Shown in pieces: positions 49,317 to 60,058 of a stretch of 64,000 bases of DNA (the stretch's first letter is position 1; each line of letters starts with the position of its first letter). Below the pieces are notes generated by a model that made no database searches, had not been told where the DNA came from, and was given only the letters and a program-made list of their open reading frames with translations. The DNA lies in IMG/VR virus record IMGVR_UViG_3300013006_000024, positions 32,001 through 96,000 of that record; one strand, given 5' to 3'. The position numbers and the translations under genes are program-made. Origin of the DNA: a virus.

Positions 49317-51631
49317 GCCTATTTGATAAAATTAAACACTTCGACAATAATAAAAAAGATCCAAGTATAATTAATGATAGTCAAATTAGTTTTCTTGTCC
49401 TATATCTACTTGAAGCTATTAACAATAAAATAGAAGGCGATGTAGTCGAATTAGGATGCTACGTAGGTGAGTCAAGCAAATACCTTCAAAAAACAATTGT
49501 TGAAACATGTACAGATAAAAAACTATATGTTTACGATTCTTTCGAGGGGCTACCTCCGCTATCTAAATATGAAGAAAATACCGGGTGGACAGAAGGCGGG
49601 TTAACAACAACAGAAGACGTATTAAAAGAAAATTTTATTAACAACTCCTTACCTATACCTACTATTACTAAAGGTTGGTTTAAAGATATCAGAGATGATC
49701 AGCTGCCTGAAAAAATATGCTTTGCTTTTTTAGATGGCGATTTTTATGACTCAATTTACGATAGTTTAAATAAAGTATACGACAGAGTTTCAGAAGATGG
49801 ATATATTTTTATTCACGACTACGATAGAGCAGATCTCCCGGGGGTAAAAGCCGCAGTGTTTGATTTCTTTAATGAACGTGGATATAAATTTGATATTGTT
49901 AAATTATGCGATCAACTAGCCGTTATTCAAAAAAATGCATCTTTAGCTGAAGTTAATATACCTACATCGCCTTACACTATAGTAACAGGGTTGTGGGATA
50001 TCGGTAGGGATAAGTTAAGCGAAGGGTGGTCGAGATCTTTTAATCATTACTTAAACAAATTAGAAGAACTTCTTAAAACAGACTTTAATTTAATTATTTT
50101 TGGTGAAAAAGAATTAGAAGAATTTGTCTTTAAGCATCGACAGCATTATAATACACAGTTTATAGTTAGAAGTTTAGATTGGATTAAGAATATGCCTTTC
50201 TACAATAAAATTCAAGAAATTCGAACTAACCCGGATTGGTATAACCAAGCAGGTTGGTTAAAAGATTCAACGCAAGCAAAGCTTGAATTATATAACCCGT
50301 TGGTTATGTCTAAAGTATTTTTATTAAATGATGCTAGTATAATGGATAAGTTTAATTCTGAATATCTATTTTGGCTTGATGCGGGTATTACTAATACCGT
50401 TCATCCCGGTTATTTTACTCATGATAAAGTATTAGATAAATTACCTGAATTGCTTGATGATAAATTTTTATTTGTTAGCTTTCCATACTCTGGTGGCGAT
50501 GAGATTCATGGGTTTACCCGCACTAAAATGAATGAAATCGCTAACACAAAGAATGTTGAATATGTCAATAGAGCAGGGTTCTTTGGCGGTCCGAAATCAT
50601 CAATAACAAATATTAATAGTATATACTACTCATTATTAAGCGATACCCTACGGCAAGGTTACATGGGAACAGAAGAAAGTATATTTACATTAATGACATA
50701 TTTGCATCCTCATATGTTTAAGCGGTTTACTATCGAAGACAACGGGCTTTTGGTGACGTTTTTTGAAAATTTAAAAAATATTAAAGTTGATGAATATAAA
50801 GAAAGTATTAAAGTCGAAGATAACTCCACCGGTACAGGTTTGTATGTTATTGGATTTAATTCGCCTAAACAATTTCAATTATTATGTGAAAGTTATTTAA
50901 AGCATCCAGGGTTCATAAGAGAGACTAAAAACTATTTATTGAATAATAGTACCGATTTATCTCTTAATAATGAGTATATTTCACTTTGTAAGAAATATAA
51001 TTTTGAGCATATTAAAAAGAATAACATTGGTATATGCGGCGGTCGTCAATTTATTGCTGAGCATTTTGAAGCTACTAATTTAAAACACTATTTCTTCTTA
51101 GAAGATGATATGACACTAGTAGAAAAACCTGGAACAGTTTGTCGTAACGGTTTGTCTCGCTATACACCTAACTTTTTCTATAAAATACATAAAATTATGG
51201 AAAAAGAAAATTACGATTTTATAAAATTTTCATATACGGAATTTTTTGGTGACAACGGTACACAGTGGGCATGGTATAACGTACCGCAAGTAGTTAGACA
51301 GAGATATTGGCCGCATTATTGTAAGCTACCTGAAATCGGAACTGATCCTAATGCACCAAGAACACAGTATACCAGTGTTAAAACAATTGATGGGTTAAGT
51401 TATTTAGAAGGTGATACATATTATTGTAATTGGCCGCAACTTGTTAATAGAGAAGGTAATAGAAAAATGTTTTTAAATGTTAAATGGGCTCATCCATTTG
51501 AACAAACATGGATGTCACATATGTTTCAATTAACCAAAGATAATAAGTTACGAGGCTCTGTTCTCTTACTATCTCCCGTTGAGCATAATCGTTTTGATCA
51601 CTATAATAGCAATTTACGTAAAGAAAGTTAA
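49313..51631 (+). CDS. Fusion: TylF/MycF-type sugar O-methyltransferase + HtrL/YibB-like domain + GT-A domain
   Basis: GDVVELGCYVG, YDSFEGLP, KGWFKD, FLDGDFYDS, IHDY..LPGV; TIVTGLWDIGR, YLFWLDAG, GFFGG, GTEE; NIGICGGRQ, FFLEDDM. Confidence 0.8.
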   Translation: MSLFDKIKHFDNNKKDPSIINDSQISFLVLYLLEAINNKIEGDVVELGCYVGESSKYLQKTIVETCTDKKLYVYDSFEGLPPLSKYEENTGWTEGGLTTTEDVLKENFINNSLPIPTITKGWFKDIRDDQLPEKICFAFLDGDFYDSIYDSLNKVYDRVSEDGYIFIHDYDRADLPGVKAAVFDFFNERGYKFDIVKLCDQLAVIQKNASLAEVNIPTSPYTIVTGLWDIGRDKLSEGWSRSFNHYLNKLEELLKTDFNLIIFGEKELEEFVFKHRQHYNTQFIVRSLDWIKNMPFYNKIQEIRTNPDWYNQAGWLKDSTQAKLELYNPLVMSKVFLLNDASIMDKFNSEYLFWLDAGITNTVHPGYFTHDKVLDKLPELLDDKFLFVSFPYSGGDEIHGFTRTKMNEIANTKNVEYVNRAGFFGGPKSSITNINSIYYSLLSDTLRQGYMGTEESIFTLMTYLHPHMFKRFTIEDNGLLVTFFENLKNIKVDEYKESIKVEDNSTGTGLYVIGFNSPKQFQLLCESYLKHPGFIRETKNYLLNNSTDLSLNNEYISLCKKYNFEHIKKNNIGICGGRQFIAEHFEATNLKHYFFLEDDMTLVEKPGTVCRNGLSRYTPNFFYKIHKIMEKENYDFIKFSYTEFFGDNGTQWAWYNVPQVVRQRYWPHYCKLPEIGTDPNAPRTQYTSVKTIDGLSYLEGDTYYCNWPQLVNREGNRKMFLNVKWAHPFEQTWMSHMFQLTKDNKLRGSVLLLSPVEHNRFDHYNSNLRKES

Positions 51632-51650
51632 TTTTTAAGTAAATAATAAT

Positions 51651-53516
51651 GTGAACTCTGTTTTATATGGCCTTTCAAGCACTCAAGTACTTCTAAGGCC
51701 CTATGTTTTAAATGGTTATCTATTTGAAGACCCAGCTTACGATAATATAGTTTTTACAAATATCGCTACTGGCAGTACCTTTTCTGCTACTTCTGGAACC
51801 TTTGTTTACCCCGCTTCTTCTTATGGTGGAGCGTTTTTCCCGTGGGGGTACGCTATACAAAATACATCATTAAGTGCAGACCTAGGCATATTTAAAGGTA
51901 ATACTACACTTACTATTACACCGTCCGGGCTTAGTGAACAATATTACCCTATTGTTAAGATAGTATATGATTTTAATGATAACGACGTTATTACTATTAA
52001 TAAAAAAATAATACAAAATGATTTCGTTAATATAGTAAGTCTTGATCCGAGCTCACCTAAAGATATAAACGTTTCACACACCTATAAGTTAAACAGCTCT
52101 GGTATTAACACATATTTTCCTACAGTAACAGTTTTTAACGGTAATCTAGCTTTAAATGTATTTGAATTAAAATTAACATTATATCCTGCTACTATTTTTG
52201 ATTTAGATGATTTGCATCTAATTAATTCAAGGCAATTAGATGTTATAGATAATAAATTTAATAGCTTAGAAGTATTACAAGTAGAAACACTATCTTCGAC
52301 TTATTTATCCCATTTTTGTCTAGTAAGCAGTTATCCGGATTTTAATTTAAATAGGGTTGTCTTTACACCGACACCTACTATTACACCTACAATCACACCT
52401 ACACCAACGCCGACAGCATCTATTACACCTACTATAACACCAACACAATCTATTACACCCTCTGTAACGCCGGTTATAACAGTTACACCCACTATTACGC
52501 CAACCGTTACACCGACAGCTACAATTACACCTACTTTCACGCCAACTGAAACTGTTACACCTACTATAACACCTACAAATACTATTACGCCTACTATAAC
52601 ACCTTCTAATTTTACACCTACACCAACACCTACTATTACACCAACAGAAACGCTAACAGAAACACCCACCTTAACGCCTACAGAGACGCTCACACCGACG
52701 CCTACAGTTACCCCAACATTTACACCTACTGAAACAGTTACGCCTACGGTAACACCAACGGAGACAGCTATAGCTTCAACACCTACAATGACAGTAACAA
52801 AGACACCTAGACCTACCGTTACACCAACAAACACTGTTACCGTAACTAATTCTGTTACACCAACAAATACACCAACAAATACACCAACAAATACACCTAC
52901 ATTAACTCCAACGGTAACACATACAGTAACAATCACACCTACTGAAACTGTTACACCAACTGTAACCCCGTTTATATACAATGACGAATATCTTATAAAT
53001 AGTGGTTTTGAAGAACCTAATTTAGGAAGCGATCCAGGACCTCTATATGTTCTAAATCCTGTAGGTGTGGGAGTGAAATGGGATTTTAGTGGTCGCGCAG
53101 GTATTGCAGCTAACGGTAGTGTTTTAGGTGTCACCGGGGCTCAAAATCTAAATCAAAAAGACGACACAACAAGTACTTTAGGTCAAGCAGCGTTCTTATC
53201 CGGTAATAATGCCTACTTATTATACCCTATATTGGCAGGTTATGTAGATCCTAAAAATCTTAAAATCGGTTTCCGGTCACAAACAAATAATCCCAGCAGC
53301 ATGGTATTAAGTGTATCTGCAGTTGTCGACTCTGTTAATTTATATAGTTTAGGTATATTCACACCTACTACTACAAGTACTTGGATAGAACATTTATCAC
53401 CCTCATATGTAACAATACCGTCAGGTGATAATGTAACGCTATATTTCGAATCTATAACGACTAATAGTAATGATATATCGTTTATCGATAGTGTGTACAT
53501 AAGGACTTTATTATAA
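51651..53516 (+). CDS. Virion protein: N-terminal structural domain + mucin-like Thr/Pro stalk + jelly-roll carbohydrate-binding-like domain
   Basis: Late promoter 5 nt before GTG; ~200-aa (T-x)n tract; LINSGFEEP...[13 protein letters not shown]...QAAFL...FIDSVYI. Confidence 0.7.
   Translation: MNSVLYGLSSTQVLLRPYVLNGYLFEDPAYDNIVFTNIATGSTFSATSGTFVYPASSYGGAFFPWGYAIQNTSLSADLGIFKGNTTLTITPSGLSEQYYPIVKIVYDFNDNDVITINKKIIQNDFVNIVSLDPSSPKDINVSHTYKLNSSGINTYFPTVTVFNGNLALNVFELKLTLYPATIFDLDDLHLINSRQLDVIDNKFNSLEVLQVETLSSTYLSHFCLVSSYPDFNLNRVVFTPTPTITPTITPTPTPTASITPTITPTQSITPSVTPVITVTPTITPTVTPTATITPTFTPTETVTPTITPTNTITPTITPSNFTPTPTPTITPTETLTETPTLTPTETLTPTPTVTPTFTPTETVTPTVTPTETAIASTPTMTVTKTPRPTVTPTNTVTVTNSVTPTNTPTNTPTNTPTLTPTVTHTVTITPTETVTPTVTPFIYNDEYLINSGFEEPNLGSDPGPLYVLNPVGVGVKWDFSGRAGIAANGSVLGVTGAQNLNQKDDTTSTLGQAAFLSGNNAYLLYPILAGYVDPKNLKIGFRSQTNNPSSMVLSVSAVVDSVNLYSLGIFTPTTTSTWIEHLSPSYVTIPSGDNVTLYFESITTNSNDISFIDSVYIRTLL
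52365..52970 (+). repeat. Thr/Pro coding tandem repeat
   Basis: [10 protein letters not shown]-type units, G-poor plus strand. Confidence 0.9.
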
Positions 53517-53519
53517 ATA
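53512..53519 (+). promoter_or_regulatory. T4-type late promoter TATAAATA
   Basis: Exact consensus 5 nt before ATG 53525. Confidence 0.7.
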
Positions 53520-53524
53520 AATTT

Positions 53525-56500
53525 ATGGAAATCGCTGAAATAACCTCATCTAACTTTATATGTCTTACAGCAAGATATCCTTACGATGAAGAGTTTAAGT
53601 TTAAAGAAACTGTTATGTTCACCGAGCAGGATCTTAATATACCTCTTAATGACTCTTTAAAAGATATTAATGATCAAAAAATAAATAATTTTTCAAACTT
53701 AATTCTTACTAAGAATGATCTTTTAACAAGTAGTTTCTATGTCGATCCTTTGGAGTATTTAAATGATTACGGGTTTTCTACATTTTTTGCTGCTAATGCG
53801 CCGGGCACAATAACACCATCTACTAAATTTTGGGTTGTAGAAGAACCCGGAGTCGGAGTTAATCGTGCAGAACTAAATGTAAATGGTGAATATTCAAACA
53901 TTAATAATCAATATTTCTTCGACGTTTCATTTTTATCAGAAAATTTTTGTAAGATATCACATGAAAATAGTAATGTAAAAAGATATTTAACAGTTGATTA
54001 TACAGGTAATCTTTCTTTTAGTAAAGACGCTGAGTTAGATAGTCTAGGAGAATATAGTCCTCAAATTTTTATGTATATCTACGATAGAGATTTTAAATTT
54101 ATTGTATTATTTAAGAATATTAATGATATAGCTAATTATGTTACGTTCAACGCAAACAATAATAATCTGACTTTAGCTGAACCTCTCACCGGTACTTCTA
54201 TACCCTATTCTATAAGTTCAATTTTTAGAATTAATCCTAGAAGTAAATCGCCAAACAATACAAAATTTATAGACCCATGGATGAGCTACAAAAAAGATCT
54301 ATTTACCAACTCACAAAATATATATCCTTTAAGAAGTTTTGAAAATATAGAATCTAATTTATTGTTAAATAATGAATACTTTAATTTATCTAGTGCGTCT
54401 ATCGATTTTAATATCTTATCTTTAAAAAATAGTAGTAATTCTGATAATTATCAAGGACGTGGTAATCCTTTTTTTGATGAAAAAAATGTTCAATTTAGAG
54501 ATTATCAATCATTATTTACAGGATCTAATCAACAATATGGCGATGATAACATCTCACTAGGTTATGAAACATATACAACTAATATTTTACTAAAAAAAGA
54601 TAGTGTAACGTATTTTCATATTCCTCAGAACTTTTATCCTTTTGAAAGATTAAATGTAAATGATTCTTATTTAGCTGAATCAGGGGCTATAGCTGGAGAT
54701 CACCCTTTAAAGTCAGATAAGATATTTAAAAAGAAAGGCGATTACAGCCGCACAACCCATTTTGGCGATACAATAGAAGAAACTACTGGTGAGTTTCTAT
54801 GTGCATGGTTATCCGGTAGTACAGATACAAACGTAAGACCTATATGGGTAGATAGATATTATAACCCTAAAAATATATCATTCTTAAGAGCATTAACCTC
54901 ATCTGATTTTAAAGCGGTTAGGTATATATCTGTTTTCGATTGTTTAGTAAGCGAAGCAAATCAACTACTAGGTGACGTTGATGTGTTTGATAAGCCTTCA
55001 GATTTAATTTTTGAAAAAGGAGCTTATTACGCGTATCATCATTATGGGCCAAAAGATGTTGAAAACTTTATTAATATTTTTAGTAAGAATTTAGCTCAAA
55101 AAGATTTAATTAGTTATAAATTTTACAATGGGTCAGATGTACAAGAGGTCTTTACTGGTGAATATAGCTTTAATGGTGTAAAATATGCATCTACAGGTTC
55201 TCTCTCTTCTATTAACGATACAAATCAGTTTACTTTAATTTTTGATGGTTATAGTACTGATTGGAATATACCATTAGGTAATCAAATTATTGGAAACTAT
55301 AGTTCCGATGGGTTTGGAATTTTTAATCAACAATCAGTTACACCTTTCGTGTTTTATAATACTCTTAGCTCGTTAAATATAACTAATACTGATTTAAATG
55401 TTTTAAGTAGGCTCGAGACAGATTCAAAAATAAGAGGTGTAATTAGAACACAGAGTCTTGATGATTTTTATATACTTTTTGAAGACAACACTGTGCGCAG
55501 ATACAATTTGTCATTTTCAGAGATTAGAAGAACATTAACTAATTTAAAAATAGGACAATCTAGAGACTTTACTAATACGGAAGATTACGCATATTTCTTC
55601 TTCAATAATAACCCGGGCGGTACACCTAATATGAAATTAGCTAGAGCAGATCTTAACTCCAATGTAATTACTGATTTTACTGCTAATGCCGATTTTACTA
55701 ATGTACCTATCGATACACTTATAACTTTTTGTAATACAGTTAATTTATATAATGGAGAGTTTTATTACACTGACGGTACAAAGTCAGAAATTATAGATAA
55801 TAATATTTTTTATTTAGTGGGCAATAAAATTAAACTATGGAGCAATATTAATACTGTTTCAACGCTCATTACAGCGTTTTCTGCTTCTACGAGCATAGAA
55901 GATTTTACTATAGACTACGATAATAATATTTGGATATTATTTGATAGAAATAAATATGCAAAATATAATAGATATAGAGAATTTCTGCTGTCAGGGTATT
56001 TTTCTGAAACTAATTTTGCTAATTATAAGATCGATTCTTTAGCAGAATTTAAACAAGGTCAGTATATTAAAGAAATGATTGTAATGCGACAATCAACTTC
56101 AAGCAGCAATACTATTAATTTTACGAAAATAGGTATTGATGGGGCAACTGCATTAAGTACACAATCTACCTATTTAACCGCCGGCTTTAACAATCTCACA
56201 AATGGCGAATTTTTAAGAGTTAATAACCAAGCTAATTATTCACCCGGTAATTTTAGCGCTAAAGTAAGACTTTATAATATGTATAATATTAATAGCAGTA
56301 CTACTGTAGAAGTAAAATTTAATCTTTCTGCGGTTGACCCTGGGTATCATAACTTTGCTATAAGATTTGACGCATATGAAGGATTCATGCATTTCTTTGT
56401 CGACGGGCAGCTGCAAGATGTAGCAGAGTTTGATCCTAGAAAATACATATTTAGTAATATAATTAACAGACCATTTTTAGTAGGAACATCAACTTATTTA

Positions 56501-56872
56501 AATTCTATACCGTTATTTAATTTTCTTCAAAATACAAATTATCTAGCAACTAACTTAAAAATTAAGAATTTTTATCTATACGATAAGCCTCTATATGACT
56601 ACGATATTATTATGCATACAAGAAAAAATATGTTTATTCGCGATATCAATCTTAACGTTGCATGCGGAAGACGTAATTACGTAGAAGAGGTTGAAAGATA
56701 TTTCAAGCTAAGATCGCCCGGTTCCAAATCTACATTATTTAATTTAATTATAAGAAACAGCGGTATTCGAGATGAAGATTTAAAGTACGCGTTAGAGCAG
56801 CGTATATTAAGTATATTAAGAAATACTGCGCCGGTATATACGCAAATTAAAAATATTAAATGGGCAAATTAA
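53525..56872 (+). CDS. Large virion protein with C-terminal ConA/LamG-like elements
   Basis: GYHNFAIRFD...MHFFVDGQL...FLVG...IKNFYLYDKPL LamG-like pattern; late promoter. Confidence 0.6.
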   Translation: MEIAEITSSNFICLTARYPYDEEFKFKETVMFTEQDLNIPLNDSLKDINDQKINNFSNLILTKNDLLTSSFYVDPLEYLNDYGFSTFFAANAPGTITPSTKFWVVEEPGVGVNRAELNVNGEYSNINNQYFFDVSFLSENFCKISHENSNVKRYLTVDYTGNLSFSKDAELDSLGEYSPQIFMYIYDRDFKFIVLFKNINDIANYVTFNANNNNLTLAEPLTGTSIPYSISSIFRINPRSKSPNNTKFIDPWMSYKKDLFTNSQNIYPLRSFENIESNLLLNNEYFNLSSASIDFNILSLKNSSNSDNYQGRGNPFFDEKNVQFRDYQSLFTGSNQQYGDDNISLGYETYTTNILLKKDSVTYFHIPQNFYPFERLNVNDSYLAESGAIAGDHPLKSDKIFKKKGDYSRTTHFGDTIEETTGEFLCAWLSGSTDTNVRPIWVDRYYNPKNISFLRALTSSDFKAVRYISVFDCLVSEANQLLGDVDVFDKPSDLIFEKGAYYAYHHYGPKDVENFINIFSKNLAQKDLISYKFYNGSDVQEVFTGEYSFNGVKYASTGSLSSINDTNQFTLIFDGYSTDWNIPLGNQIIGNYSSDGFGIFNQQSVTPFVFYNTLSSLNITNTDLNVLSRLETDSKIRGVIRTQSLDDFYILFEDNTVRRYNLSFSEIRRTLTNLKIGQSRDFTNTEDYAYFFFNNNPGGTPNMKLARADLNSNVITDFTANADFTNVPIDTLITFCNTVNLYNGEFYYTDGTKSEIIDNNIFYLVGNKIKLWSNINTVSTLITAFSASTSIEDFTIDYDNNIWILFDRNKYAKYNRYREFLLSGYFSETNFANYKIDSLAEFKQGQYIKEMIVMRQSTSSSNTINFTKIGIDGATALSTQSTYLTAGFNNLTNGEFLRVNNQANYSPGNFSAKVRLYNMYNINSSTTVEVKFNLSAVDPGYHNFAIRFDAYEGFMHFFVDGQLQDVAEFDPRKYIFSNIINRPFLVGTSTYLNSIPLFNFLQNTNYLATNLKIKNFYLYDKPLYDYDIIMHTRKNMFIRDINLNVACGRRNYVEEVERYFKLRSPGSKSTLFNLIIRNSGIRDEDLKYALEQRILSILRNTAPVYTQIKNIKWAN

Positions 56873-58464
56873 TGAATACTCTATCAAACAATTTACAGCT
56901 TGTAAGATATCTTACTTATAATTTAGAGCTTCCTTATAGTTTTAATAACATAGCGTTTCAAGCTAATGACACCGTTTCAAGTGATTTAATTAATTTAAAA
57001 TTAAGTCATTTATATGATAATTTTATATATCTCTATCAAGCATCATTAATATCTTCTAACGTAATACCAGTTTCAAGCACGGGGGTAGCAGGAATAACTG
57101 CAAATTCTACCGATTTTAAATGGCATAAAAATGCCTATACCAGTACATTTATACCGTTATCCTCTAATAATAGATTTATAGGATTAGATAAGACAGATTT
57201 GTTGTTCTTAATAAAAAATGAAGATATAGATCAATATTCCATTTTAATGAGCTGTATATCGTCAATAGCAGTTTTTAATTTTGATGAAAGCGCATCGTAC
57301 TTTACGCGTAACTTTGCTCTTAATGAAGTCGATCCCGGGCTAGGTACTTACTATCAGTGTATAACAGCATTTGAATCTATAGATCAGAATTTATTTGTAT
57401 TAGACAGTTCTCTTAACAAAATTGTAAAGTACGATGCATCTGGTTTATATACAAATGACATAATTACAAGAAATTCACTTAGATATTTAAATTCAATAGG
57501 TAATTTTGGACCTTCAACCTCTAAATTAGAATTCAATTCACCTACAGGTCTAACTTCATATGATAAAAATCTTTATGTATTAGATTCAGGAAATAAATGT
57601 GTTAAAATGTACGATTCAAATTTAAATTGGCTTGGAACTTATAGGCTATCTATTGATTTAGCAGACCTTAGACCGGTAGATATAGCAGCAGATAATCTTG
57701 GTAATATTTTTGTACTTACTGATAAAAATTTTATAAAATATGATAATACTTTTCAATCCAAACAGATATTTGATACAGCATCAACATATCCAGGCGAAAT
57801 ATTTAAAAAGATAGTATTTTCGAAATACAATAAAGATATTTTTTATTTAATTTCTAACTTAAATGTATATAAAAAGTTTGCTAGCACTCCATCTGATTTA
57901 ATAGGTAAATATTTACTGTATTTATTTAACTATAATTTACCTAATGATATAATTACAGGATTTAGTTCTGTAGCTACAGATACTGGTGATAGAAATGTTA
58001 TTTTTACTTTAAACGGTAATACAGGTAAGCTAGGCAACTTTTTTGACAACTTAAATTTATATGATATCTTGAGAATTAGACATTTTGATATATATAATCT
58101 TGACCAAATTAAACTTAATAGTGAAGAGTACTTTCAAAATTGGGTTTTTAATAAAGCAATATCAAAACTCTTAATTAATCATATGCGTTTTAGAGATCAA
58201 ATTATTGGTAAATTTATAGGATCGCAAGACGGTCAAGGTAATATTGTTTTTGAAGGGACAAGATATCTTTTGCCTGACGAATTAGATTCTATTATCTTTC
58301 AGCAAGATCTAGCTTTTTATATAGGCGCAAACGAGCTTACAACTACAAGTGTATTTAATAGAATTATAAAAAAGATTTACGATGTTCAAGTCGCATTAAG
58401 AAGTATCTTAGAAGCTGAGGTTACCAATAATCCCGGTACATCAAATACAGTATATATAAGCTAA
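56860..58464 (+). CDS. NHL-repeat (beta-propeller) virion protein (start may be 56872)
   Basis: [22 protein letters not shown]...[28 protein letters not shown]. Confidence 0.7.
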   Translation: MGKLMNTLSNNLQLVRYLTYNLELPYSFNNIAFQANDTVSSDLINLKLSHLYDNFIYLYQASLISSNVIPVSSTGVAGITANSTDFKWHKNAYTSTFIPLSSNNRFIGLDKTDLLFLIKNEDIDQYSILMSCISSIAVFNFDESASYFTRNFALNEVDPGLGTYYQCITAFESIDQNLFVLDSSLNKIVKYDASGLYTNDIITRNSLRYLNSIGNFGPSTSKLEFNSPTGLTSYDKNLYVLDSGNKCVKMYDSNLNWLGTYRLSIDLADLRPVDIAADNLGNIFVLTDKNFIKYDNTFQSKQIFDTASTYPGEIFKKIVFSKYNKDIFYLISNLNVYKKFASTPSDLIGKYLLYLFNYNLPNDIITGFSSVATDTGDRNVIFTLNGNTGKLGNFFDNLNLYDILRIRHFDIYNLDQIKLNSEEYFQNWVFNKAISKLLINHMRFRDQIIGKFIGSQDGQGNIVFEGTRYLLPDELDSIIFQQDLAFYIGANELTTTSVFNRIIKKIYDVQVALRSILEAEVTNNPGTSNTVYIS

Positions 58465-59285
58465 TGAAATACATTTTTAATATAAGGCAAGGGCAAGGCG
58501 TGAGTAAAATAGTACCTATATTACCCACACCTACTGGCTCGGTGACACCTACCCCTACTGTTACACCTACAATAACACCTTCAGGATTTCCTACACCTAC
58601 ACCCACTATTACATCAACTGTAACTAGAACACCCACTATTACACCTACTATCACACGCACACCTACTATTACACCTACTATCACACGCACACCTACTATT
58701 ACACCTACAGTAACAAAAACACCTACTCCTACACCTACCGTCAGCCCATTAATATTATTCCGTCAGCCGTTTAGGTATTTATTATTCGGATTTGAGTATG
58801 ACGGAAATGATTTTGATCCTAATGTCTCTGTATATAATATTCCTGGTTATGCTAATAATTATGTTACTGTTGGAGGCTGTCCGATTGGCTCGCCAAGTAC
58901 GGTGGTAGGTTCACTTTCATATGGCGGCGACTTTAAATCGTCTTCCGGTATAGAGCAAGTGCTTGTTGATCTACAGACGTTGAGCGCTATTAATCCGCTT
59001 GCAACCTCTATTAATATTGGTATATCTGGAAACTGGTTTATGAACCCAGCTAACCCAATTCAACCGTTCTGGACATTTAAACTATCTATGAGCGCAGTTA
59101 CTGGCGGTACATTTACGTTAGATGATATTAATAATACGTTTATCTTAAACGGTGGTATTATAAATGAGATTAAAGAATTTGTACGTGATCCGTTTACTAT
59201 AGCTAAGGGCAACACATGCCCGTCTTACGCGACTATTTCTGAGCTAGTTTACTATACTTACAATGGCGACGTTCAGGTAACTTAG
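58464..59285 (+). CDS. Virion protein with mucin-like Thr/Pro stalk and C-terminal globular domain
   Basis: ~75-aa (T-x)n tract (58524-58747) after a 20-aa leader; TAATG-coupled. Confidence 0.68.
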   Translation: MKYIFNIRQGQGVSKIVPILPTPTGSVTPTPTVTPTITPSGFPTPTPTITSTVTRTPTITPTITRTPTITPTITRTPTITPTVTKTPTPTPTVSPLILFRQPFRYLLFGFEYDGNDFDPNVSVYNIPGYANNYVTVGGCPIGSPSTVVGSLSYGGDFKSSSGIEQVLVDLQTLSAINPLATSINIGISGNWFMNPANPIQPFWTFKLSMSAVTGGTFTLDDINNTFILNGGIINEIKEFVRDPFTIAKGNTCPSYATISELVYYTYNGDVQVT

Positions 59286-59301
59286 TAATTTATATAAATT
59301 G

Positions 59302-59382
59302 TGGGTAAAGTGGATTCGAACCACTGAAGGCGGAAGCCAGAAGATTTACAGTTTCCCCGTTTGGCCACTTCGGTATCTACCC
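59302..59382 (-). tRNA. tRNA-Tyr(GTA)
   Basis: GGGTAGA/TTTACCC acceptor, CTGTAAA anticodon loop, long variable arm, GGTTCGAATCC T-arm; one mismatch in anticodon stem; no encoded CCA. Confidence 0.85.
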
Positions 59383-59397
59383 ATACATTATATATTT

Positions 59398-59471
59398 CGC
59401 ACTCACCAGGAATCGAACCTGGAACCGACGGTTTAGAAAACCGTTGCTCTATCCGGTTGAGCTATGAGTGC
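59398..59471 (-). tRNA. tRNA-Arg(TCT)
   Basis: GCACTCA/TGAGTGC acceptor, ACGGT-TTTCTAA-ACCGT, GGTTCGATTCC. Confidence 0.92.
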
Positions 59472-59477
59472 AATAAA

Positions 59478-59571
59478 TGGTACCTCCGGCGGGATTCGAA
59501 CCCGCATTTTGCCCAAATCTAGAGCGACTACTTTATAAGAGTAGGGTCTTAACCAGTTAGACGACGGAGGC
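59478..59571 (-). tRNA. tRNA with TAT anticodon (Ile, AUA) and long variable arm; CCA encoded
   Basis: GCCTCCG/CGGAGGT-A-CCA, GTCT/AGAC D-stem, CTACT-CTTATAA-AGTAG, 22-nt variable region, GCGGG-TTCGAAT-CCCGC. Confidence 0.85.
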
Positions 59572-59603
59572 ATAAACCTCCTATCGTATTCGAATAACCC
59601 AAT

Positions 59604-59729
59604 TCATGGACATCCTGCCACGTAAGGGCGATTAGGGTTGCTATAACAATCTGCCTTAGAGCTGCGTACTCTGCTAGCCACAATGGAAATAAGAATAATG
59701 ACTGTCCAGATAATAAGAGTAGGTCTCAT
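59604..59729 (-). CDS. 41-aa peptide with signal/TM segment and two Cys; not in ORF track
   Basis: MRPTLIIWTVIILISIVASRVRSSKADCYSNPNRPYVAGCP*, ATGA overlap with the upstream stop. Confidence 0.55.
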   Translation of the reverse strand: MRPTLIIWTVIILISIVASRVRSSKADCYSNPNRPYVAGCP

Positions 59730-60019
59730 TTATTTGCCTCATTGATATCATCATCTAGCAGCCCCATGATATCCATGCCATGTTTATCATTAAAATAAGA
59801 GCGAACTTGAGCTACTACAGTATCATAGTCTTTTTTATTCCTCTTATACCGGAGCTCAAGTTCAAGAAATTTCTTGGTAAGCTTATCATATGCTTCAGGA
59901 TTAAATTCTCGGTCATCTAAAGATTTCATTGCTCTAGCTATTTTTTCAGATTCTCTAACAATCCATTCATAGCTAGAGTTATGAAACTCAATCTGCTCTA
60001 AAAGATAATCAACGTCCAT
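59726..60019 (-). CDS. Hypothetical coiled-coil early protein (start likely second Met, 60019)
   Basis: Promoter TTGCAC-16-TATACT with ATG 6 nt downstream. Confidence 0.6.
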   Translation of the reverse strand: MDVDYLLEQIEFHNSSYEWIVRESEKIARAMKSLDDREFNPEAYDKLTKKFLELELRYKRNKKDYDTVVAQVRSYFNDKHGMDIMGLLDDDINEANK

Positions 60020-60058
60020 ATTCATAGTATACGGGAATTTTTAAATAGTGCAAGTACT

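Noticed and set aside
1288-53500. Short ORFs nested in or antisense to recognised genes (e.g. 1288..1485, 6227..6670, 7050..7487, 13759..14100, 15683..16003, 23384..23809, 29055..29474, 29940..30356, 44736..45056)
   Set aside because: Fully overlap well-supported genes, lack promoter motifs and recognisable domains
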